The notes under the pieces are model-generated. The model made no database searches and was not told where the DNA came from. It was given only the letters and a program-made list of their open reading frames with translations. A DNA stretch of 64,000 bases, from the NCBI GenBank assembly GCA_017852075.1, contig JAFMLQ010000006.1:297-64296 (forward strand), written 5' to 3'. The position numbers and the translations under genes were made by a program. This stretch comes from Flavobacteriaceae bacterium (GTDB lineage Bacteria; Bacteroidota; Bacteroidia; Flavobacteriales; Flavobacteriaceae). Shown here in pieces: positions 47,730 to 56,067 of this stretch (positions within the stretch are counted from its first letter, which is position 1; every line of letters starts with the position of its first letter).

Positions 47730-48069
47730 ATTCAATTGTCCGTTTGTACAGGCAACACATTGGCAACGCATTGTATGTACTGTCAAGAGCTTTCGCTAGA
47801 GGAGTATCATGTCCCGCAAAAGCAATTGCACGTTGGACCTCTTGTATAGGTTCCTTGCTTGGATCGTAAATCACAGAAATCACATTTGAAGGAATATCCC
47901 AAGTGGCTGTTTTAATTCCTTTAACAGTCAAGGCAGCTTTTTCTATACGTTTTTTACACATTTCACAGTTTCCACTCACTTCGAAACTGGTTTTTTCATT
48001 TTTTTTGTTTTGAGCCGAAACCGATAAAGGAGCAATCAACAACAAACAAAAGAGTAAAAGCTTTTTCAT
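47728..48069 (-). CDS. Periplasmic heavy-metal-associated (HMA) domain protein with an extra C-terminal Cys pair
   Basis: Signal peptide, an HMA-like ferredoxin fold with GNCEMC (C35/C38), and a C-terminal LPMCCLY (C105/C106). Confidence 0.7.
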   Translation of the reverse strand: MKKLLLFCLLLIAPLSVSAQNKKNEKTSFEVSGNCEMCKKRIEKAALTVKGIKTATWDIPSNVISVIYDPSKEPIQEVQRAIAFAGHDTPLAKALDSTYNALPMCCLYKRTIE

Positions 48070-48098
48070 AATTTTTAAATTAAACAGTTAAATATACT

Positions 48099-50327
48099 TT
48101 ATAAATTCCAACGTAACCCTGCATAAAGCATTCTTCCAAAAATAGGTGCGTAGACTTGTGCTGTATCAAAATTAATACCAAAAGGATCTTCTGCTCCAAT
48201 TATTGGGCTGAGTTGTTTATAATCTCCAAGGTTTTCAACTCCGGCATAAAGTTCAAATTTTGCCGTAAAAGCTCGTGTCAACTGACTGTTCCATACGCCA
48301 TAAGCCGGGGCGTAACTTCCCTCAGCATCCCTTTGGGTACTAACTAGACGCTGTGGTCCCAAAGCGTGATAGGTAAGATCATAACGCCATTGGGCTTGCT
48401 TGCTATTCCTTGGAGATTCCCATCCCAGATTGGCAAAAAATCGGTTTTGAGCTTGTAAAGGACGCTGTAAGAACCCTGAATTGTAGGTGGTTTTTACATC
48501 GTAATTTTTGTAGGCAAAACGCAAACTCAAAGCCTCACTAGGGTTATAATCTATAGAAAGTTGAAAGCTGTTCGCACGACTTACACCATCTAGATTATAA
48601 AAAGAAATTTGACCTTCCTCTTCCCAATCTACAACCACTTGATCGTTAAAGTTTGTAATGTAATAGTCTGCGGTAATATCCCCTTCCCTTCCAAAAAGAC
48701 GAAACAACTGACGTACACTGACTCCGTAATTCCATGCTTTTTCGGGGTTTAAACCATAAATTGACCCTCCATTTTCTGCAATATTTATGCGACGATTTGT
48801 TCCAAAAAGGGTTTGATTTTCTGCAAAAATATTGGCTGCTTTTCTTCCACTACCTACCGAAAAGCGAAGGATGGTATTTTCTTGAGGAAGATACCTCAGA
48901 TGCAAACGTGGGGTAATAAATGTGCCCAACCGGTTGTGGATGTCCACGCGGATTCCTCCAACCAAAGAAAAATTCTCCAAACTGTCATAACTGTATTCAA
49001 AGAAACTCCCTACAGAATGATCACTTCGATTGAAGTAAAATGTATCCACGGTTTCCAAATAGCGATCATAAGAAAAGCTGATGCCTGTTTTAAATTTATT
49101 TTTAGTATTGCCAATAATTGAATTAAATAAAAGATTGGTATACACGCTTTGATGATCGATATCATAAACTCTAAAGCCATAAAAAGCCTTTTGTTTGTGA
49201 TGGCTAAAAGCGGATTGAAAACCAAAGCTTTGATAGGACAATTCTGGAAAAACATACCCTATTTTTAGTGAGGCATCTATACGGTTGGTATCGATTTCAC
49301 TGCCCCAAATACGGTTTTGATTTTGATCTTGATCTGGATCAAAACCTATAGCTCCTAGTTGTTTGTCATCTTGCATCAAACGAATGCTGCCAAAACCAAC
49401 CCATCCCTTTTCTGCGTCTGTATACTGCCATCGATTAAGGATGTTGTACTGCTGAGACAAGGGAACGTCTAAAAAAGCGTCTCCATTACGATCCATTTCT
49501 TGGGTTCTTTGGTTACCATGGACAAATAAGCCGCTGCTCCAATTGTCGTCGATTTTCCAATTACCTTGAAGGTTAGCTTCTTGTCTTCCATTGGCTGAGG
49601 TAAACAAATTGAAAAACAATGGAACGTCGGAAAAAGGTTTTTTAATTTCGGTATTGATTTGACCTGCAATACTTTCAAAACCATTGACTACACTCCCCAC
49701 ACCTTTAGTAATCTGAATACTCTCAATCCAAGTCCCAGGAGTGAAGGATAGTCCATAAGCTTGTGAAGCACCTCGTACCATGGGAATGTTTTCTTCCGTA
49801 ATCAAGAGATAAGGACTTGTAAGTCCCAACATTCGTATTTGTTTGGTTCCCGTTAAAGCGTCTGAAAAGTTAACATCAATGGAGGGATTGGTCTCAAAAC
49901 TTTCTGACAAGTTACAACAAGCCGCCTTGAGAAGTTCAGCACTGTTGACATTGACTATATTTCGCGCTTCTAAATACGATTTCTGTATCGCTTTTCTTCT
50001 TTGAATTATTGTTACTTCATCTAGTTCTCCTGCATCACTTTCTTCTAAAAAATGAATGAGTAAGCGGTTTTCTTTTACACTCAGCGTATCTGACTTATAG
50101 CCAATATAGCTTAATATGAGATATTCCTCGGGTCCTAAATAAGGAAGGGTAAACTTTCCTTCTTCGTTGGTCACAGTTCCCGTTTGTGTATTGTTCCAAA
50201 ATACATTGGCGCCAATCAATGGGATGGTTTCGTTTCCGTCTTTAGCAAGGACTCTCCCCTCAAGGTTCTCTTGAGCATTGAGTGCTAGGCCGTAAAAGGC
50301 CATGAGTATTAAAATATGTTTTTTCAT
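48099..50327 (-). CDS. TonB-dependent outer-membrane receptor with an N-terminal carboxypeptidase-regulatory-like domain
   Basis: Signal peptide, CarboxypepD_reg-like beta-sandwich, a plug region containing AACCNLSESFETN (C137/C138), a long beta-barrel and a terminal aromatic residue (RWNL). Confidence 0.85.
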   Translation of the reverse strand: MKKHILILMAFYGLALNAQENLEGRVLAKDGNETIPLIGANVFWNNTQTGTVTNEEGKFTLPYLGPEEYLILSYIGYKSDTLSVKENRLLIHFLEESDAGELDEVTIIQRRKAIQKSYLEARNIVNVNSAELLKAACCNLSESFETNPSIDVNFSDALTGTKQIRMLGLTSPYLLITEENIPMVRGASQAYGLSFTPGTWIESIQITKGVGSVVNGFESIAGQINTEIKKPFSDVPLFFNLFTSANGRQEANLQGNWKIDDNWSSGLFVHGNQRTQEMDRNGDAFLDVPLSQQYNILNRWQYTDAEKGWVGFGSIRLMQDDKQLGAIGFDPDQDQNQNRIWGSEIDTNRIDASLKIGYVFPELSYQSFGFQSAFSHHKQKAFYGFRVYDIDHQSVYTNLLFNSIIGNTKNKFKTGISFSYDRYLETVDTFYFNRSDHSVGSFFEYSYDSLENFSLVGGIRVDIHNRLGTFITPRLHLRYLPQENTILRFSVGSGRKAANIFAENQTLFGTNRRINIAENGGSIYGLNPEKAWNYGVSVRQLFRLFGREGDITADYYITNFNDQVVVDWEEEGQISFYNLDGVSRANSFQLSIDYNPSEALSLRFAYKNYDVKTTYNSGFLQRPLQAQNRFFANLGWESPRNSKQAQWRYDLTYHALGPQRLVSTQRDAEGSYAPAYGVWNSQLTRAFTAKFELYAGVENLGDYKQLSPIIGAEDPFGINFDTAQVYAPIFGRMLYAGLRWNL

Positions 50328-50380
50328 TGGGTATTTTTTATTAATTAAGGATTCTATTATTCTAAAAATAAAAGAGCTCT

Positions 50381-50800
50381 TTAACCATAAAAAATAAAAG
50401 ACTGTTGTACCAAAAAAAGTTTTTCCAGTTGAGGAGGAGGAGGATTCCAGTTGTATAATTCCTCAGAAACTGATACTGGTTTTAATTCAAGATTGTATAT
50501 AGGAAGAAGAATTATCGCCTTTAAAATCGTGACTTTAGGGGCAACTTCTAAATGAACTTTTTGAGGTTCGTGGTTTTGAAAAAGTAAGGTATCGTCTTCG
50601 CAGCACGTTTTTTTTGAAAAATTTGTTTTGAGCGGATCCGTTGCCTCCTCTTCCGATTCCATTCCACAGTCTTCTGGGAAGTAGGCAAAGGAAATCTCTG
50701 CGATGCGATCTCCACAATAATGAACGTTTAGTGCGTATCCTATTCGAGTCCCAAAAATTAGGAGGGCAAGGAAAATACTAATAAACGGCCTCATTTTCAT
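50381..50800 (-). CDS. HYC_CC_PP-type small cysteine-rich protein (signal-anchored)
   Basis: 139 aa with an N-terminal hydrophobic anchor. Motifs are NVHYCGD (27-29), EDCG (C45), KTCCEDD (66-67) and NPPPPQ (120-123). The family name is recalled from protein-family nomenclature and was not searched. Confidence 0.6.
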   Translation of the reverse strand: MKMRPFISIFLALLIFGTRIGYALNVHYCGDRIAEISFAYFPEDCGMESEEEATDPLKTNFSKKTCCEDDTLLFQNHEPQKVHLEVAPKVTILKAIILLPIYNLELKPVSVSEELYNWNPPPPQLEKLFLVQQSFIFYG

Positions 50801-50818
50801 AATTCAAAGATAACTTAT

Positions 50819-51532
50819 TTAACTAACATAACCCATTAAAAGGATACATGCCATCAACAACATGATACCGTTCTCTATCAGTGTAGCTTCTGTCATAGGA
50901 AGTTTTAAAGCGGTGCCTAAACAAGCACATTCAATTTGATCCTTTTGACGTAATGAACGTAAAACGCCATAAGTAGTAAAAGACAAAATCACTATGGTAA
51001 GTACAAGTGCAATGGGAACCTGCCATTCAAGTAAAAAAGCAGCTCCCAAGGCTGTTTCAATAAAAGGATATATTTTGGCATACCCTGGAATTTTTTTTGC
51101 TAACGGATCGTAACGCGAAAATGAATCTGGAAATCCTCGATAGTCCAAAAACTTGAAAAAGCTAAATACGATAAAAAACAGGCCCATAAAGATTTGCATT
51201 GCTCTTTGAGGACGGACCTGAAGTAAAGAGGTCAAAAAAAGAGTTCCCGCTATGAGGTAAGCAAAGATTAGAAATAAAGGAAACAATTCTTTTAGCTTGG
51301 AGGTTTTCATTCCTCGTGTTGTAATTGGAGTATCTTCTTGCACTGAATATTTTGCCCCCAACAATGCTGAAATTTTATTTACGGATAGTTTTGTTACGGA
51401 TCGAATTTGGGCAATCCCAGTTTCTAAAGAAACCTCAACAGCACTCACTTCTTCAAGGGTGTTGATTTTATCTGTAACTGCTTTTTGACAGCCCAAACAG
51501 GTCATACCAGAAATGTAAAATCGGTGTTCCAT
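50819..51532 (-). CDS. HMA domain fused to a MauE/DoxX-type redox-associated membrane domain
   Basis: The N-terminus is a classical HMA (GMTCLGCQKAV, C12/C15). It is followed by about 4 TM helices with an intramembrane CACLG (C202/C204). Confidence 0.7.
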   Translation of the reverse strand: MEHRFYISGMTCLGCQKAVTDKINTLEEVSAVEVSLETGIAQIRSVTKLSVNKISALLGAKYSVQEDTPITTRGMKTSKLKELFPLFLIFAYLIAGTLFLTSLLQVRPQRAMQIFMGLFFIVFSFFKFLDYRGFPDSFSRYDPLAKKIPGYAKIYPFIETALGAAFLLEWQVPIALVLTIVILSFTTYGVLRSLRQKDQIECACLGTALKLPMTEATLIENGIMLLMACILLMGYVS

Positions 51533-51548
51533 AGTCTCACTTCTGATG

Positions 51549-51556
51549 CAAAATTA
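51549..51556 (-). promoter_or_regulatory. -7 promoter box TAATTTTG (minus strand) for the metal operon
   Basis: Exact TAnnTTTG on the minus strand, 16 nt upstream of the ATG at 51532. Confidence 0.4.
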
Positions 51557-51666
51557 AAACTATCTGTTGTTACTAAATACTAAATTCAAGTTAAAACAAG
51601 ATTTACTTATAAATCGCCAATTAAATTTAAGCTTTAAGTTTAGAGATTGTGTACTTTTGTTCAGTC

Positions 51667-52152
51667 ATGACAGTTGTATCTCACTCCAAAATCCTAACGG
51701 AAATAGAAACCCTTTTAAACGAATCAAAAACTGACGTCTTAAAAGGTTTAAAACAATCTTGTATGCTGCTCAGAGAACGTTTTGATCACTTTGATTGGGT
51801 GGGTTTTTATTTTGCAGATTTTGACAATAAAACTTTACATCTCAAAGTTTTTTCAGGGAAACCTACCGACCACACCGTTATACCTTTTGGGAAAGGGATT
51901 TGTGGTCAGGTTGCCGTTTCAAATCAAAATTTCATGGTCCCTGATGTAAATGCACAAGACAATTACATTCCTTGCAGTATTGATGTTCGTTCGGAACTAG
52001 TTATTCCTTTGTTTTTTGAAGGAAAAAATATTGGTCAAATCGATATCGATTCAAATAAAATAGACCCCTTTTCTAAAGAAGATGAGCTTTTACTTGAAGC
52101 TTGTTGCTCACTGATTTCAAATGCCTACGGTTCGTTATTATTAAGCTTATAA
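51667..52152 (+). CDS. GAF-domain protein (free methionine-(R)-sulfoxide reductase-like)
   Basis: About 161 aa, a single GAF domain with the GKGICGQ and PCSIDVRSELVIP cysteine pattern seen in fRMsr/YebR-type proteins. The start is taken at ATG 51667. Confidence 0.6.
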   Translation: MTVVSHSKILTEIETLLNESKTDVLKGLKQSCMLLRERFDHFDWVGFYFADFDNKTLHLKVFSGKPTDHTVIPFGKGICGQVAVSNQNFMVPDVNAQDNYIPCSIDVRSELVIPLFFEGKNIGQIDIDSNKIDPFSKEDELLLEACCSLISNAYGSLLLSL

Positions 52153-52158
52153 ATCGCT

Positions 52159-53682
52159 ATGCAAACAAAAAAAATAACTTCTGCACTGATTTCTGTATTT
52201 GATAAAACAGGATTAGAACCTTTGATTCAGGCTCTGGTTGACAATGGAGTTTCTTTGTATTCTACAGGAGGAACAGAACGTTTTATTAGAGAACAAGGCC
52301 ATGAAGTAAACGCCGTAGAAGATCTCACAGGCTACCCGTCAATTCTTGGTGGGCGAGTTAAAACGTTACATCCTAAAGTGTTTGGAGGGATTCTCAATCG
52401 ATCTGATAACCCCTCGGATCAGGATGAATTAAAAAACTTTGAAATTCCCGTTTTTGACTTAGTCATAGTAGACCTCTACCCTTTTGAAAAAACAGTTGCT
52501 GGTAATGCTACCGAGAGTGAAATTATAGAAAAAATTGATATTGGAGGAATCGCATTAATTCGAGCAGCAGCTAAAAATTTTAACGATATTTTATGCCTCT
52601 CTGACAAAGCAGATTACGAATCCTTTTTGACTCTTTACAAAACCTCTAACGGCACTACCAGCCTAGAAGACCGAAAGGCATTTGCTGTCAAAGCATTCCA
52701 CACCTCTTCGCACTACGATACTGCTATTTTCAATCACTTTAATGAAAAGGAAAATCACTTGAAATTGAGCGTTAGTGATTCCAAAACCCTTCGCTATGGG
52801 GAAAACCCTCATCAAAAAGGATATTTTTATGGCCCGCTGTCGGAACTTTTGGATCAAGTTCATGGAAAAGAAATTTCCTACAATAATTTGTTGGATATCG
52901 ATGCGGCGGTAAATTTAATGTCTGAATTTTACGAAGGAGCTCCCGCTTTTGGCATTTTAAAACACAACAACGCCTGTGGCTTTGCAGTGCGTGAAACCCT
53001 CAAAGAAGCCTATCAAGATGCCCTTGCTGGGGATCCTGTTTCTGCATTTGGTGGTGTGCTAATTTGCAACAAGGCTATTGACTTAAGCACTGCCACTCAA
53101 ATTCATGATCTTTTTTGTGAGGTAGTAATCGCCCCTGAATATGAAACGGAAGCTTTACAGCTTTTAAAAGAAAAAAAGAATCGAATTCTTTTGATTCAAA
53201 AAGAAAACAAACTTGCTGAACAAAGTTTACGAACCTGTCTCAATGGAATTTTAGTCCAAGACAAAGACCTTAAAACAGATAGTGAAAGGGATTTGACAAC
53301 AGTCACCAAAAAAGCACCAACAGCTTTTGAAGTCCAAGATTTATTATTTGCTTCAAAAATCTGTAAACACACCAAATCCAATACGATCGTGTTGGCAAAA
53401 AACCAACAGCTTCTCGCTTCGGGTACAGGTCAAACTTCACGTGTAGATGCATTACATCAAGCGATTCATAAAGCTCAAAATTTTGGGTTTGATCTTCAAG
53501 GTGCAGTTATGGCAAGTGATGCCTTCTTTCCCTTTCCAGATTGTGTTGAAATTGCAAATCAGAAAGGAGTCAAAGCGGTCATTCAACCTGGGGGTTCTAT
53601 CAAAGATGATTTATCCATTGCCTATTGTGACGCGCATGAAATGAGAATGGTATTCACAGGAATACGTCACTTTAAACATTAA
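52159..53682 (+). CDS. purH: Bifunctional AICAR transformylase / IMP cyclohydrolase
   Basis: ALISVFDKTG, the GGRVKTLHP motif and the C-terminal FTGIRHFKH. Confidence 0.95.
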   Translation: MQTKKITSALISVFDKTGLEPLIQALVDNGVSLYSTGGTERFIREQGHEVNAVEDLTGYPSILGGRVKTLHPKVFGGILNRSDNPSDQDELKNFEIPVFDLVIVDLYPFEKTVAGNATESEIIEKIDIGGIALIRAAAKNFNDILCLSDKADYESFLTLYKTSNGTTSLEDRKAFAVKAFHTSSHYDTAIFNHFNEKENHLKLSVSDSKTLRYGENPHQKGYFYGPLSELLDQVHGKEISYNNLLDIDAAVNLMSEFYEGAPAFGILKHNNACGFAVRETLKEAYQDALAGDPVSAFGGVLICNKAIDLSTATQIHDLFCEVVIAPEYETEALQLLKEKKNRILLIQKENKLAEQSLRTCLNGILVQDKDLKTDSERDLTTVTKKAPTAFEVQDLLFASKICKHTKSNTIVLAKNQQLLASGTGQTSRVDALHQAIHKAQNFGFDLQGAVMASDAFFPFPDCVEIANQKGVKAVIQPGGSIKDDLSIAYCDAHEMRMVFTGIRHFKH

Positions 53683-53713
53683 TTATTAATTTTACAATCA
53701 ATCAGTATTAAAG

Positions 53714-54733
53714 ATGGGTTTATTTTCAGAAGACATTGCAATAGATTTGGGTACTGCAAACACCCTAATTATTCACAATGATAAAGTTGTGGTCAACAGC
53801 CCGTCTATCGTTGCTATCGATCGAACGACAAACAAGGTGATAGCCATTGGTCAAGAAGCCAGTATGATGCAAGGAAAAACCCATGAGAACATTAGGACTG
53901 TACGCCCCTTGAAAGATGGTGTAATTGCAGATTTCAATGCTTCAGAGCAAATGATCAGTCGTTTGATCAAAAGCATTCCTACTTTGAAGCGTCGTTTTTT
54001 TACTCCGTCCTTGCGAATGGTTATTTGCATTCCTTCAGGTATTACTGAGGTAGAAATGAGAGCGGTAAAAGAATCTGCAGAACGTGTTAATGGAAAAGAA
54101 GTTTACCTAATTCACGAACCGATGGCTGCTGCCATTGGAATTGGAATTGATATCATGCAACCTAAAGGAAACATGATTGTTGATATTGGAGGAGGAACTA
54201 CTGAAATTGCAGTAATTGCCCTTTCTGGAATCGTATGTGACAAATCCATTAAGATTGCAGGTGATGTCTTTACAAGTGACATCATCAATTACATGCGTAG
54301 TAAGCATAATCTCTACATTGGTGATCGTACAGCAGAAAAAATTAAAATCCTTGTGGGAAGTGTTGTCGAAGATTTAGAAAATCCGCCCGAAGAAATGTCA
54401 GTTCAAGGGAGAGATTTACTTTCAGGCAAACCCAAACAGGTAATCATTAACCATGTAGAAGTGTCAAAGGCATTAGACAAATCGGTAATTCGTATTGAAG
54501 ATGCCATAATGGAAGCCCTATCTCAAACACCTCCAGAACTCTCGGCAGATATTTACAATACTGGGATTTACCTCGCAGGAGGGGGAGCCTTACTCAGAGG
54601 ATTAGACAAGCGTTTGTCTCAAAAAACGGATCTGCCCATTTATGTTGCAGAAGAACCTTTACAAGCCGTAGTTCGCGGTACAGGGATTGCTTTGAAAAAT
54701 GTAGAACGATATAAAACGGTTCTGATAAAATAA
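53714..54733 (+). CDS. mreB: Rod-shape-determining protein MreB
   Basis: DIAIDLGTANT, DIGGGTTE and the actin-fold motifs. Confidence 0.95.
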   Translation: MGLFSEDIAIDLGTANTLIIHNDKVVVNSPSIVAIDRTTNKVIAIGQEASMMQGKTHENIRTVRPLKDGVIADFNASEQMISRLIKSIPTLKRRFFTPSLRMVICIPSGITEVEMRAVKESAERVNGKEVYLIHEPMAAAIGIGIDIMQPKGNMIVDIGGGTTEIAVIALSGIVCDKSIKIAGDVFTSDIINYMRSKHNLYIGDRTAEKIKILVGSVVEDLENPPEEMSVQGRDLLSGKPKQVIINHVEVSKALDKSVIRIEDAIMEALSQTPPELSADIYNTGIYLAGGGALLRGLDKRLSQKTDLPIYVAEEPLQAVVRGTGIALKNVERYKTVLIK

Positions 54734-54739
54734 TTTGGT

Positions 54740-55561
54740 ATGCAGCGAATCTTCAATGCGCTCGTACAATTTAGAAACCCCATTCTTTACTTTGTACTTT
54801 TAGGAACCTCATTACTGTTTTTAAACAATAGAAGTAACTTTCACCAAAGTCAATTACACAATTACAGCTTGTATTTTTCGCAAAGCCTGTACGGTGTGAG
54901 TCATCGTATAAGCAACTATTTTCAGTTGAAAAAAATCAACGATCAACTCCTTCAGGAAAACAGAGCACTTAAAGAATTGGAATTAAAATCAAATGGTATA
55001 GCACTATATCCTACTGCATTAAAAACGAAAAGACGTTTTCCTTTTCAAGTCAAAGCTGCCCATGTAATCAAAAACAGTTTTTTAAATCAACAAAATTATC
55101 TCATCATTGATAAAGGAGCTAAAGATGGGATCGAAGAGGAAATGGCAGTAATCACCGATCGAGGAATTATAGGTATTGTGAAAACTGTTTCTGAACACTA
55201 CGCCAGCGTTATTTCAATTTTAAATCAAGACTTAAAAATTAATGTACGTCTTAAAAAAAATCCTGCTTTCGGAACCCTTTCATGGAAAGGTAAAAATCCA
55301 ATTGATTTTCAAGTTGAAGATATTGTTATGAATGCCGGATTAGAAAAAGGAGACACACTGATTACTGGGGGGATGTCCTCCTACTTTCCTTTAGGAATTC
55401 CACTTGGAAAAATTACTGATTTTGAACGGAATATTCAAAGTGGTTATTACACTATTAGTACCGAGCTATTTGAAGACCCTTCACAAGTGTACTATGTGTA
55501 CGTAATCGAAAATTTAGAGGTTAAAGAGATCAATGTCTTAAATAAAGAACTCCCCAAATGA
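54740..55561 (+). CDS. mreC: Rod-shape-determining protein MreC
   Basis: N-terminal TM, a coiled coil (LQENRALKELE) and beta-barrel C-terminal domains. Position after mreB. Confidence 0.85.
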   Translation: MQRIFNALVQFRNPILYFVLLGTSLLFLNNRSNFHQSQLHNYSLYFSQSLYGVSHRISNYFQLKKINDQLLQENRALKELELKSNGIALYPTALKTKRRFPFQVKAAHVIKNSFLNQQNYLIIDKGAKDGIEEEMAVITDRGIIGIVKTVSEHYASVISILNQDLKINVRLKKNPAFGTLSWKGKNPIDFQVEDIVMNAGLEKGDTLITGGMSSYFPLGIPLGKITDFERNIQSGYYTISTELFEDPSQVYYVYVIENLEVKEINVLNKELPK

Positions 55562-56067
55562 ACAGAGATACACTAGCCCTTTACAGTATTTTTTTACTCT
55601 TGGTTTTACTTCAAGTGATGCTGTTTAATAACTTATATCTCTTTGGTTTTATCAATCCCATGGTGTATCTTTTTTTTATTGTAGTCTATCGTTTTGAAAA
55701 TGATCAAACCCTCTTTATTCTCCTTAGCTTTCTGCTTGGGTTTGCGATTGATTTTTTGTCCCAGTCTGGGGGGGCTCACACTATTGCTACACTTACCATT
55801 GCCTTTCTAAGACCAATCATAATTCGAAGTGCATTTGGAGTAACGTCAGAGATTCCCTCTAGCTTTCAGAATGATTCAAGAATACTCTCCAAAACTGCAT
55901 TCCTCGCTCTACTAATAGGTGTTCATCATCTGATTTACTATAGCATTGTTTTTTTTAACTGGAATGCCTTTTATCTTATTTTAAAGAATACCCTGCTAAC
56001 TTCTGTATTTTCATTAATTTTAATTGCTTTGGTTTCTAGTCTTTATAAAAAATTAAATGATTCGTAA
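55558..56067 (+). CDS. mreD: Rod-shape-determining protein MreD
   Basis: 169 aa polytopic protein. ATGA overlap with mreC and conserved gene order. Confidence 0.8.
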   Translation: MNRDTLALYSIFLLLVLLQVMLFNNLYLFGFINPMVYLFFIVVYRFENDQTLFILLSFLLGFAIDFLSQSGGAHTIATLTIAFLRPIIIRSAFGVTSEIPSSFQNDSRILSKTAFLALLIGVHHLIYYSIVFFNWNAFYLILKNTLLTSVFSLILIALVSSLYKKLNDS

